Source: Candidatus Latescibacterota bacterium
GTDB taxonomy: Bacteria; Latescibacterota; UBA2968; UBA8231
Length of the DNA: 64,000 nucleotides
Reading direction: 5' to 3'
Assembly (NCBI GenBank): GCA_965215195.1
Contig: CBDCDC010000002.1
Span: 1,984,001-2,048,000 of the forward strand
Part shown: positions 11,301 through 20,197 of the stretch, piece after piece
How positions within the stretch are numbered: the first letter of the stretch is position 1
How the letters are laid out: every line of letters begins with the position of its first letter
Translations under genes and position numbers: made by a program
The notes under the pieces: generated by a model
Seen by the model: only the letters and a program-made list of their open reading frames with translations
What the model was told of the DNA's origin: nothing
Database searches by the model: none

Positions 11301-11651
11301 GTGTAGCAGATTCAAAGCCCTAATCGACCGAATCTGCACCTTGTTGTCGATCCACTCGGCGCATTCTCGGGCCACGCGCTTTTGTTGGAGTCGATTCTGC
11401 AGGTGCAAACCCTCGTCTTCGATCTTGAAGGCTTTTTTGTCCGTCTTTTCCGGGTCGAGGCCTTTTACAAAGCGCGGTTCGCCAAACAAAAACCGGAGGT
11501 CTGCAATGTCCAGCAGCGATGCTTTCAGCGCGTCAAACGCATAAATGGTAAAGTACGCGGAGACCATGGAAAGCGACGAGCCGCGCTGGATTTTGGACTG
11601 GAGAAACTCGCCCACGGTGCCCCGCTGGTGGTTGTCCCGGATTCCAGACAT
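8367..11651 (-). CDS. PLD-nuclease domain fused to SNF2-family helicase
   Basis: N-terminal SAYFT, LHGKMY...IVGSSNFT (PLD HxK/GSxN); ADSVGLGKT, IDESHNFRN, LSATP, SEGQNLQ, QRFGRIDR. ATG at 11651 preferred over the track's 11660. Confidence 0.9.
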   Translation of the reverse strand: MSGIRDNHQRGTVGEFLQSKIQRGSSLSMVSAYFTIYAFDALKASLLDIADLRFLFGEPRFVKGLDPEKTDKKAFKIEDEGLHLQNRLQQKRVARECAEWIDNKVQIRSIRALNLLHGKMYHIAHNGVQEAIVGSSNFTVRGLGVSPTGNNIELNLEVDSNRDRRDLKAWFDELWNDKDRVEDVKADVLSYLEQLYQNHAPEFIYYKTLFHLFERFLAKQEDSGLLAGQQQLVDTEIWNALFEFQQDGAKGAINKMLQHNGCIIADSVGLGKTFEALAVIKYFELRNARVLVLCPKKLRDNWTIYQAQNNSELNPFLKDRFGYTVLSHTDLSRDSGKSGDIDLATLNWGNFDLVVIDESHNFRNNTPGKRDEDGVPIRKSRYRRLMEDIVQSGVKTKVLLLSATPVNNDLKDLRNQIYFLTEGRDDAFCESLGIASLKDTLATAQRTFTEWAKQSGEHRQTATLLERLSSTFFKLLDELTIARSRKHIEQYYRDSLKELGGFPARSTPISVSPDIDRQNQFMSYDELNDEISKYQLSLFNPSRYVLPQYRSEYDGQPIKNFTQSDREHYLIGMMKVNFLKRLESSIHSFAITLERTIEKIEALKERIRRFQSFRDENPNLDLEEIEIEAFEDEELQEAMQVGKKLVFNMAHLDVETWLADLQCDKEQLELPYLFAKDIIPERDAKLAKLKELIAAKVKNPTIDQRGQPNRKVLVFTHFADTAAYLYDALRPWATQDLGIQLAMVAGGASGNQTTFGKRDFSHILTNFSPVAKKRAQMQSMPQEGEIDLLIGTDCISEGQNLQDCDYLINYDIHWNPVRIIQRFGRIDRIGSINRSVQLVNFWPTPDLNRYINLKSRVEARMALVDIAATQGDNLLAAEDIQDVIADDLKYRDKQLLRLKDELLDLEDFSESIALNEFTLDDFRVELMKYIEANRQVLADAPLGLYAVVPTYADYPVITPGVVFCLRQKGDSTENEQINSLHPYFLVYVRENGDVRFTFAQPKQILELYRLLCAGVKNPHEELCALFDAQTDNGEDMTPYNGLLEKAVQSLSSTYKKRAIGNLLSSRSSVLPKLDEQVDKTTDFELVTWLVIKDE

Positions 11652-11681
11652 TTGCAACAAAGGGCTCGCGTGTTGAATGGC

Positions 11682-12206
11682 TCACGCTCGGTGCAGGGCC
11701 TTTTGATACAGGCCGACGCTGTAAAATTCATAGGCCGCCACCTTGTCCGGGAAATCGATCACGTGGACTGTGAAGCGGGCCGGCACGCCCGTATCGGGCA
11801 TGTGGTCGCGGAAAAAGTGGCTGTACGCTTGGGCGTACTGTTGGTAGAGCCGCTGTTGCTCCTCGTGAAAACGCTGCGGATCGGTCAGCGGGTTCACGTC
11901 CTTGGGCTGAGCACCAAAGGCGTGGACCTCAATGAAATCTATCTGGGCAATTGAGTCGCAAATCTCGGCTTCCCGCAGCCACTGCTCCCAACAGCGAAAG
12001 ACCAGTTCGACCTCGACAGCGGGCGTCATCCTCACCAGCTCGTCGCGGCCGAGGATCCCCTTGGCCGAATGCCCGCCGGTCAAGCCGGCGAAGTAGATCT
12101 TCAAATCGCCATTGTCCAGCGCCTCGGTCACCAAGGCCGATAAGGTGGGGTGGTCGCCGCTGTAGTAATAGGTCAGGCGGCCGCGTTGCTTGACGTTAAA
12201 TGCCAT
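11682..12206 (-). CDS. Hypothetical protein, possibly a distant RidA/YjgF-fold protein
   Basis: RBS AAAGGA before ATG 12206 (MAFNVKQ); IYFAGLTG and YSHFF...PARFTVHV resemble Rid-family motifs. Confidence 0.45.
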   Translation of the reverse strand: MAFNVKQRGRLTYYYSGDHPTLSALVTEALDNGDLKIYFAGLTGGHSAKGILGRDELVRMTPAVEVELVFRCWEQWLREAEICDSIAQIDFIEVHAFGAQPKDVNPLTDPQRFHEEQQRLYQQYAQAYSHFFRDHMPDTGVPARFTVHVIDFPDKVAAYEFYSVGLYQKALHRA

Positions 12207-12226
12207 GTCGTCCTTTCCTTTGTTTG

Positions 12227-15082
12227 TTAGAGTGCTTCGACGAAAATCTCGGCCCAATGCCGCGCCCGCCGCCCGGTGAAATCGGCAATCTGGTGGCGAC
12301 ACGAAGTGCCTACGGCCGCGATCTCCACATCCTCTGCGGCCGCCTCTAGCGCGGCAAAGAGCCGCTCCTGACCCACCTGGCGCGATATTTCAAAGTGCTC
12401 CTTTTCGTAGCCAAAGCTGCCGGCCATGCCACAGCAGCCCGACGGGATTTCCTCGGCGCGAAAGTGGGGCGGCATGTTGAGCACGGCCAATGTCGCGGCC
12501 GTTCCCGTCAGGGCCTTTTGATGGCAATGGCCATGCACCAAAATGTGGCGGGCGGTTCCGGTGAACTCCAAATCGAGCGGGGACTCGCGGACGAGAAAGT
12601 CCTCGAGCAGGACGACCTGCTCGGCCACGCGCCGGCTCTGCGGATCGTCGACCAAGTCCAGATAATCGTCGCTGAGGGCCGACGCGCAGCTCGGCTCCAG
12701 CCCAATGATCGGCACCCCTTCCGCGGCCCAAGGCGCGAGTACCTCCACATTGCGCTGCGCCAAGGCGCGAGCGCGGTCGAGAAAGCCCTTGGAGATGAGC
12801 GGCCGGCCGCAACAGACCTTGTCGGCAACCAAGACCACCTCGTACCCGGCGCACTCCAAGATGATCGTCGCCGCCATGCCAATGGCTGGCTCGTTGTACT
12901 CGACAAAGGTGTCGTTGAAGAGCGCGACGCGGCCCTTGGGGCCGCGGGCCGGACGCCGCCCGGCGAACCAGCGCGAAAACGGCTGACGGGCAAAGGCCGG
13001 CATGCGCCGTCGCCGATCAACGCCCAAAAACGCATCCAACAGCCAGCGATTGAGCCAGCTACGACCGATCCAATTCGACAGGGGTGCCAACGCCGATCCC
13101 CAGCGGTTGATGCGGGCTATGTCGGCAAAGAGCCGCGACCGCAGCGGATAGCCGTGCTGGCGATGGTAGTGAGCGAGAAATTCGTACTTGAGCTTGGCCA
13201 TGTCCACGCTCGACGGGCATTCGGCCTTGCAGGCCTTGCACTCCAAGCAGAGGTCCATCACGCGGTGGACTTCATGGCTGTGCAGGCCGTCGGGCAAGGT
13301 GCCGGCGAGCGCGGCGCGCAAGGCATTGGCCCGGCCGCGGGTGGTGTGCTCCTCGTCCAAGGTCGCCATGTACGACGGGCACATCGTGCCCACCAGCTTT
13401 TTGCGGCAGTGGCCCACCCCAGAGCACATTTCAACGGCCTCCTGAAAGCCGCCCGCCTCGCTAAAGCTGAAAAACGTCTCCACCTTGGGCGTCTGATAGC
13501 TCGCGTCGTAGCGCAAATTTTCATCCATCCGCGGGGGGTTCACGATCTTGCCGGGGTTCATAATCCCCTGCGGGTCAAACGCGGCCTTAACCTCGGCAAA
13601 AGCCGCGACCAACTCCGGGCCAAACATCTTGGCGATCCACTCGCTGCGGGCCAAGCCATCGCCGTGTTCGCCGGACACGGTTCCGCCGTATTCGCGCACC
13701 ATATCGCTCATGCGCTCCTCGATCTGGCGCAGGAGCCTGATGCCCGCGGGGTCTTTGAGGCTGAAGATCGGCCGGATGTGCAACAGGCCGACGCTCGCGT
13801 GCCCATAGTATTCGGCCGCAATCCCCAGTTCCGCCATCAGCGCCTCCACCCGGCGGACGTAGGCGGGCAAATTGGCTACCGGGACGCAGGTGTCCTCCAC
13901 CCCCGGCTGGGGCTTGGGGTCGCCTTTCATGCCCATCAACAGCCCCAACCCGGCTTTGCGTATCCCCCAAATCGCCTGCTGGTCTGCCGGATCGACGGCC
14001 CGCACCCAAGCGTAGCCCATCCCGCGCCCCCGCAACCGCTCCTCCAACCCGTCCAGCTTGCGCTCCAGCTCAACGGCCGAGTCCGCGTAGTACTCGACCA
14101 CGAGCAGGGCGGCTGGGTCGCCCTGCAAAAAGCGACGACCCGGGGCGTGTTCGCTGGAGTCCTTGGTCTGCTCGAGCAGAATGTAGTCCATCAGCTCGCT
14201 GGCGACTGGCGAGGTCTCTAACGCGGTCAGATTGGCCTCCATGGCCTCGACCAAGTCGTGGAAGTGGACGGCCACCAAGCCCTTGTGCGCGGGCAACTCC
14301 ACCAAGTTCAACCGCGCTTCGACAACCGCGCAGAGCGTACCCTCCGAGCCGACGACCAGCTTGCTCAGGTCAAAGGGAGCGCCGTCGATGAACTCGTCGA
14401 GATTGTAGCCCGAGACGCGGCGCATCACTTGGGGGAATCCCGTGCGGATCTGCGCTTCGCGCGCGCGGACGATGCGGCCAACTTCGCGGTAAATGCGACC
14501 TTCGAGGCTGTCCAAATGCGCACGGCGTTCGCACTCGTCGTCGGCTAGCGGCCCGAACACCGCTTGCGAGCCATCGGCCAGCACCACCTTTAGCTCCTGC
14601 ACATGGTCGATGGTCTTGCCGTATATAATTGAATGCGCACCGCAGGAATTGTTGCCGATCATTCCGCCGATATTGGCCCGGCTGCTTGTGGATACATCGG
14701 GCGCGAAAATCAGGCCGTAGGGCTGCAAGTAGGCATTGAGTTCATCGAGCACCAAGCCCGGCTGGACCCGCACCCAGCGCTCGTCCGGGTCGAACTCCAA
14801 GATCCGATTCATGTATTTGGAAAAATCGACATGGACCGCGGCCCCCACCGACTGGCCCGCCAAACTCGTACCGCCGCCCCGCGGCAAGACAGCCGCCCCC
14901 TGCTCAGCGGCAATTTTTACTGCGGCGATTACATCGGCCTCGTCTTTGGGCACGACCAGCCCCAAGGGCTCCATCTCGTAGATGCTGGCGTCAGTGCGGT
15001 AGAGCATGCGCGAAACCGCGTCAAAGCGCACTTCGCCTTGGATGGCCTGCTGCAAGGCCATCGCCAATGTATTTCTATTCAT
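12227..15082 (-). CDS. FAD-linked oxidase / 4Fe-4S oxidoreductase (GlcD-GlcF fusion, YdiJ-like 2-hydroxyacid dehydrogenase)
   Basis: PRGGGTSLAGQ, GSEGTL, GHASVGLLH, GEHGDG, CSGVGHC, CLECKACKAECP, CCG motifs. Confidence 0.9.
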   Translation of the reverse strand: MNRNTLAMALQQAIQGEVRFDAVSRMLYRTDASIYEMEPLGLVVPKDEADVIAAVKIAAEQGAAVLPRGGGTSLAGQSVGAAVHVDFSKYMNRILEFDPDERWVRVQPGLVLDELNAYLQPYGLIFAPDVSTSSRANIGGMIGNNSCGAHSIIYGKTIDHVQELKVVLADGSQAVFGPLADDECERRAHLDSLEGRIYREVGRIVRAREAQIRTGFPQVMRRVSGYNLDEFIDGAPFDLSKLVVGSEGTLCAVVEARLNLVELPAHKGLVAVHFHDLVEAMEANLTALETSPVASELMDYILLEQTKDSSEHAPGRRFLQGDPAALLVVEYYADSAVELERKLDGLEERLRGRGMGYAWVRAVDPADQQAIWGIRKAGLGLLMGMKGDPKPQPGVEDTCVPVANLPAYVRRVEALMAELGIAAEYYGHASVGLLHIRPIFSLKDPAGIRLLRQIEERMSDMVREYGGTVSGEHGDGLARSEWIAKMFGPELVAAFAEVKAAFDPQGIMNPGKIVNPPRMDENLRYDASYQTPKVETFFSFSEAGGFQEAVEMCSGVGHCRKKLVGTMCPSYMATLDEEHTTRGRANALRAALAGTLPDGLHSHEVHRVMDLCLECKACKAECPSSVDMAKLKYEFLAHYHRQHGYPLRSRLFADIARINRWGSALAPLSNWIGRSWLNRWLLDAFLGVDRRRRMPAFARQPFSRWFAGRRPARGPKGRVALFNDTFVEYNEPAIGMAATIILECAGYEVVLVADKVCCGRPLISKGFLDRARALAQRNVEVLAPWAAEGVPIIGLEPSCASALSDDYLDLVDDPQSRRVAEQVVLLEDFLVRESPLDLEFTGTARHILVHGHCHQKALTGTAATLAVLNMPPHFRAEEIPSGCCGMAGSFGYEKEHFEISRQVGQERLFAALEAAAEDVEIAAVGTSCRHQIADFTGRRARHWAEIFVEAL

Positions 15083-15328
15083 TCTCAAGGCATTGATCGG
15101 TTGCGCACCTTCTTCGCCCCGAAGAGAGCTGGCGCACTGGGTAGGGACACTTCAATAGTAAGAACGCACTCCACGGGCCGTCAAATTCCCGCCCGGATCG
15201 CTTTTTCATTTTGTCTTTCCCGATAACATCGCCTGCTAGGAGCTGCTTCAGTTAAATGCTCCCGATGGAACCTGCACAGAAGCGACGCCTCGCACTACCA
15301 AGGGCAACGCGAGGCCCTAACGTGCCCG

Positions 15329-17734
15329 TTGATTTGTCAACTGCCGCGTCTAACTAACCTCAGCCGAGAATTTGTGTCGATTTCCCAAGGCTGGTTTGCG
15401 GTGAAGAATTTGTGTTTCAAAGGGACGGAAGCCCTTTTGGGGGTCTATTCGCTCTTCCGCCTGAGCGTGGATTTCCTGCCCGACATCGACGTTCCCCGGC
15501 TCGTGGTCCGCACGGACTGTCTCGGCCTGAACGCCCGCGACGTAGAAGAATACGTCACTCGTCCCATTGAAGCCGCCCTCAGCTCGGTCAGCAGCGTGCG
15601 CCGCCTGCGGTCGGTTTCGCAGGATGGACTCTCATTGGTCGAAGTCGAGTTCCGCTGGGGCAGCGACATGGACTTGGGCTTTATCGAGGCCCGCAGCAGT
15701 CTCGACCGGGCCGGGCTGCCGCAGGCGGCCGGACGCCCCACCATTTTGCGCTTTGACCCTTCCTCAGCACCCGTAATGACCCTGATCGTCACCGGTGACC
15801 GGATCGAGCACCCCCAGTCCACCCGCGATTACCACCAAGCCCTGATGGAGTTAAAGGAGGTCGCCCAATCGGTCGTCAAACGCCGCCTCGAACAGATTGA
15901 CGGCGTGGCCTACGTGCAGGTGGCCGGCGGTCTCGACCGCGAGATCCAAGTATTTCTCGACATAGAAAAATGTGTGTTCGCCTTTATCACTCTCATCTAC
16001 TTCCTCAGAGACTTCAAAAACCCCCTCATCGTCGGCCTGTCCATACCCGTCTCCATCATCACCACCTTCATCTGCATGTACTTCCTCGACATCCACTTTA
16101 ATATCGTGTCGTTGGGCGGGCTGGCGCTGGGCATTGGGATTTTGGTCGATAACTCAATTGTGGTGCTGGAAAACATCTACCGCTACCGCGAGTTGGGCCA
16201 TGCCCCGGGCGAGGCCGCCGTGCGCGGCACCCAAGAGGTAGGGCTGGCCATTACCGCCGCGACCCTGACCACCATGGCGGTGTTTCTGCCCTTAGTGTAC
16301 ATCAAAGGGATGGCCGGGGCGCTCTTTTACCAGCAGGCCGTCACCATCTCTTTGGCCCTAACTGCTTCCCTGCTGGTGTCTATTACCCTGCTGCCCATGC
16401 TTTCTTCTAGAAGCTGGAAGAGACGTCCGGTCCGCGCCCTCTACCGGCTGGCGGTGCCGTTGGCTTGGACCATTGACCTTTTTCAGCAGGTGTTCGGCGC
16501 GTTCTTTGCCCTCTATGAACGGGTCTTGGCCGGTGCCCTGCGCCACCGCTACGCAGTGATGGTGGCTGCGTTTGTGTTACTCGCCTTGAGCGGCTGGCTG
16601 GCCGGGCGACTGGATCGGGAACTCATGCCATCCGTGGATCGAGGGCACCTCGTCTTGCGCGTGGAGTTGCCTACGGAAGCGAGTTTGTCGGCGACCTCGG
16701 CGGCGGTCGCCCGGCTGGAGCACCGCCTGCGGCAAGAGGCCGGCGTTCGGTCCGTGTTGGCGTCGGTGGGCATCATCCGCGAGAGCGCAGCCGGGGGGTA
16801 TCGGCCCGGGCTGAACAAGGCGGTCCTCGAGCTCGAGCTTGCCGAGGGGGTGCCGAGCGCGGACTAAACTCGCCGCGCTCGCCGCGCAGTTGCCCGAGGA
16901 GATCGAGCTCGTCGTGCTCAACGACGAGGGCGCTCGTATAGAGGACGATCTCGGCTTTCTGCTGCGTCGGTCCGCCTTCTCCATCCTGTGTATCGCGCTC
17001 GTGCTGATCGGGGTGTTCAAACGGCTCCAGACCGCGGTGTTGATCCTGTGCTCGGTCGCGCTTTCCGCGCTGGGGGCGTTCAGCCTGTTTCGGCAGCACA
17101 ATGTTGGTGTCATCCGGTTCCGCTTGGACACGGCTCTACGATGGGGGGACGGGGCTCTACAACGCGGTGTGGGGCAACCCGCTACTGGGCGTGGTCAAAC
17201 CGGCGCTCTTTAGCGCGCTCGGTCGTCTTAGTCTGGATGATCGCGGCAGCGCTCTTTGAGTCTTGGACCCGGCCTTTGCTGGTGTTGCTCGCCCTGCCGC
17301 TAGCTCTGATCGGGGTAGGTGCCGGGTTTTACTTGTCGGGTGCTTCTTTCAACCAAGGCGGTTATGCTGCGCTGCTGCTTTTGATGGGCATTTCCGTGAA
17401 CAATTCCATCTTGCTGGTACACCATATTGCGGCCGCAATGCGGCGGCCGGACTGCTCCAGCGCATTACGAGCACAGCCGGCGTCTGTGCAGGACGCGGTT
17501 ATCCGCGCCGCTTTCCAGCGGTTGCGCCCCATTTTCATTACCACCCTGACGACGATCGCCGGGTTTTTGCCGTTGTTGCTGCAAGGCGATCGGGGCGACA
17601 TCTGGTACACCTTGGCCTTGGGCACATCGGGGGGGCTGATATCCTCGTCGGTGCTGGTGGTGCTGATCGTGCCGCTGTGCCTGATCTGGCGAGGCTCTGC
17701 CCGGTCACTCAGGACAAGTAGCGATGCCGTATAG
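15329..17734 (+). pseudogene. Collapsed, frameshifted remnants of AcrB-family RND transporter gene(s)
   Basis: Pieces in three frames: LSVDFLPDID...REIQVFLDIEK jumps straight to TM region (GILVDNSIVVLENI); stop at 16867; second TM2-like piece (16839-17213); C-terminal GISVNNSILLV...RLRPIFITTLTT. Total 2.4 kb versus about 3.1 kb for one intact gene. Confidence 0.8.
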
Positions 17735-18814
17735 GGCTTCGCCAATGAAATCGCGCCGCCACCCGCGCAGGAGGCGATGATCCTCGGGCGTGGCCGCGAC
17801 CGCGGCGCAGACTAGATTGCGCACTTCGGCGCGGGCCGCGACAAAGGGCGCGTCAATCTGTGCCGCGTCGCTTTGCCGGCGCAAGTAAGCCATGGACTGG
17901 GCGAGTTTGCGTTCAACGACCTTCTTGTCGAGCTGCGGGCGGCGCGGTCGGGGCGGGCACTCCGCGTCGGGGACGGCCAAGCCGCGGCGAATTTGCTCGA
18001 GGACGCAGTGGTCGTAGCGACGCTTGCCGCGCGTGCGGAGCCGGCCCAGCTCCTCCAGCGACCGAGGCTTGCGCCGGGCTAGTACCACGAGCGTTTCGTC
18101 GGCCAGGATGTGATTGCGCGGCCGATCGCGGCGCTGGGCTTCTTCTTCGCGCCAAGCGGTCAACTCGCGCAGGATGGCCAGCTCGCGCCGAGAAGCTCGG
18201 CCCATGCCCTTGATCCGCGTGAATTGCTCGCGTGGGTCGCGCTCCTCGTACAGCCGCGGATCGTCGTACGCGGCCATCTCTTCTGCCAGCCAAGTGCTGC
18301 GACCAATTTGCTCGACGCGCGTCTGCAACACGTCGCGCACCTCGTGCAGATAGCGCACATCCTCAATGGCGTACGCTAGCTGATCTTCGGAGAGCGGGCG
18401 GCGCACCCAGTTGGTGAGCGTCTCGGTCTTGTCGAGGACTACGCCGAGGGTTTGCTCCAAGAGTTCGGCCAGCGAGATGGTAGAACTCATATTGGCCAGC
18501 CCGGCCGCGCAGCGGGTGTCAAAGACGTTGCGCGGAAAAGCACCCGTGACCCGGCGCAAAATAGCCAAGTCCTGTTGGGCATCGTGGAGAATCAGCTCGA
18601 CCTCCGCACACTCTAACAGGGCACCAAGAGGCGAGAGATCCGCAATCGCCATCGAATCGATCAGGTGGCAATCGCCGCTGGCGAGGGCCACTTGGATCAC
18701 GCCCAACTTGGGATAATAGGTGCGGTTCCAAACAAATTCAGTGTCTAGGGCAACGCGCTCGCAGTTGAGGGCGCGCTTGACGAGTTCGGCGAGTGCCTGT
18801 GCGGTATGGATCAT
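17705..18814 (-). CDS. rnd: Ribonuclease D
   Basis: ALDTEF...TYYPKLGVIQ, LHDAQQD, FDT, W..RPLS..QL.YA.EDV, HRDC region (WREEEA..RDRPRNHIL). Confidence 0.92.
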   Translation of the reverse strand: MIHTAQALAELVKRALNCERVALDTEFVWNRTYYPKLGVIQVALASGDCHLIDSMAIADLSPLGALLECAEVELILHDAQQDLAILRRVTGAFPRNVFDTRCAAGLANMSSTISLAELLEQTLGVVLDKTETLTNWVRRPLSEDQLAYAIEDVRYLHEVRDVLQTRVEQIGRSTWLAEEMAAYDDPRLYEERDPREQFTRIKGMGRASRRELAILRELTAWREEEAQRRDRPRNHILADETLVVLARRKPRSLEELGRLRTRGKRRYDHCVLEQIRRGLAVPDAECPPRPRRPQLDKKVVERKLAQSMAYLRRQSDAAQIDAPFVAARAEVRNLVCAAVAATPEDHRLLRGWRRDFIGEALYGIATCPE

Positions 18815-18885
18815 GCTTCTGAGGGTGTTTTAGGAAGTGGGAATCAACGCAAAAATTAGCAACATAAGACGATAAGCCGAGGGCG

Positions 18886-20187
18886 TTAAGATGACAAGTT
18901 CCAGAAGCGGCGCACCGGGGTTTGCTCTCGGTAGCCGGCCAGCCGAGTGCTGAGCAGCCAAGCCACAGTAAACGCGAGCTGGACCGCACATAAATAAAAG
19001 AGCGGCCCCCGCGGACCAACCAGCGCAGCAGACCATTGGAAACAGGCCCCACCCGCGATGCCGCCGACAAAACCGCCCAGCGCCGAGGCATACATTGCAA
19101 GGGAAAACCCCTCTGCTTGGTACTCTTTGGCAACGGCCTTGATCATCGCCCGCGACTGCCCCATCTGGTGGCCGCCGTCCAGCGCACCCCAGAGCAGATA
19201 AACGCCCCCGGCCCAAAGTGCGATCCACGGCAGTTCCGCAGGCAGGAAGAGCCAAGCCGGTGCCATGGCCGCTTGCAGCAACAGAGTGATGGTCAGCGCA
19301 CCCCGGCTGCCGTGCCGGTCCACCATCCGCCCCCAGCCATGCAGCCCAGCCACATAGCCGAGGGCCTGGACGGGCGTCATCCAGACGAAGTAGCTAACCG
19401 GCAGCCCCCACTCCGTGAGCGCCACGACCCACAGCGGAAAGGTCGCCGCTAGCACGGCCGTGCGGGCCATAACAAAGAGCGCGTACGCACGCATCTGGGG
19501 CGCGGCTAGCGCTTGGCGCAAGCGGCGCAATAGGCCCTCTCCGGGCGGGGACAGAGGCCGCTCGGCTACTGCGCGCACCAAGAAAGCTCCACCGCAGGTA
19601 GAGAAAACCGCCAGGGCAAAGAGCGGACCAAAGGCACTTGCCATGGGTTGAGAGCCGAGATACCAGCCGATCACAATGGGCAAGACGAGTTCGAGAAGGC
19701 GCTGCTGAAGGCGCATGCGCGTGAGAAAGGCACCGATCCCACCGCTAGAGGTGTTGTCTTGGACTAGGGGCCACCAAGCGGTGTTGCCCGCTTGTTGTAT
19801 GAGACCGCGGACGCTAACCAAGGCTAGGCCGATCCAAGCGGCCCAAGCCCCGTCCGCTGCGTAGAACGCCAACAGCGCCAGTCCCAGCCCAGCCGGAAAC
19901 GACGACAGCCGGCCCCAAAAGAAAATGCCGGCCTTCCCGGTGTGGTGCATTAGCTGCAACCCAACGACGCGCCCCATCTTCTGGAGGTACTCGCTGGTGG
20001 CGACTAGCCCGATGAGAAAAGGCGAAGCTCCAAGAGAGAGCAGAAAGAGGGGGACGACGGAAGTGAGGAGGGCGTTGTTGATCGAGCCGCTAACGGCGAC
20101 GCCGATCAGCCGCGACTGGCTGCGGCGACGCACTGCTGGGGGAAGTCTGTGCCTGGGGTTTACCGTGTCGATTGGGGTGTCGGGCAT
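18886..20187 (-). CDS. MFS transporter
   Basis: About 12 hydrophobic segments; WGRMVDRHGSR MFS loop motif; lies directly downstream of the sulfatases. Confidence 0.8.
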   Translation of the reverse strand: MPDTPIDTVNPRHRLPPAVRRRSQSRLIGVAVSGSINNALLTSVVPLFLLSLGASPFLIGLVATSEYLQKMGRVVGLQLMHHTGKAGIFFWGRLSSFPAGLGLALLAFYAADGAWAAWIGLALVSVRGLIQQAGNTAWWPLVQDNTSSGGIGAFLTRMRLQQRLLELVLPIVIGWYLGSQPMASAFGPLFALAVFSTCGGAFLVRAVAERPLSPPGEGLLRRLRQALAAPQMRAYALFVMARTAVLAATFPLWVVALTEWGLPVSYFVWMTPVQALGYVAGLHGWGRMVDRHGSRGALTITLLLQAAMAPAWLFLPAELPWIALWAGGVYLLWGALDGGHQMGQSRAMIKAVAKEYQAEGFSLAMYASALGGFVGGIAGGACFQWSAALVGPRGPLFYLCAVQLAFTVAWLLSTRLAGYREQTPVRRFWNLSS

Positions 20188-20197
20188 AAGCTCAACA

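Noticed and set aside
4616-11651. Calling the helicase/MTase locus DISARM or BREX
   Set aside because: No DrmA/DrmB (DUF1998), PglZ or BrxC genes seen.
12395-14221. 608-aa plus-strand ORF, and similar long antisense ORFs (22093-23010, 58441-59670)
   Set aside because: Shadow frames opposite well-supported genes in GC-rich DNA; no motifs.
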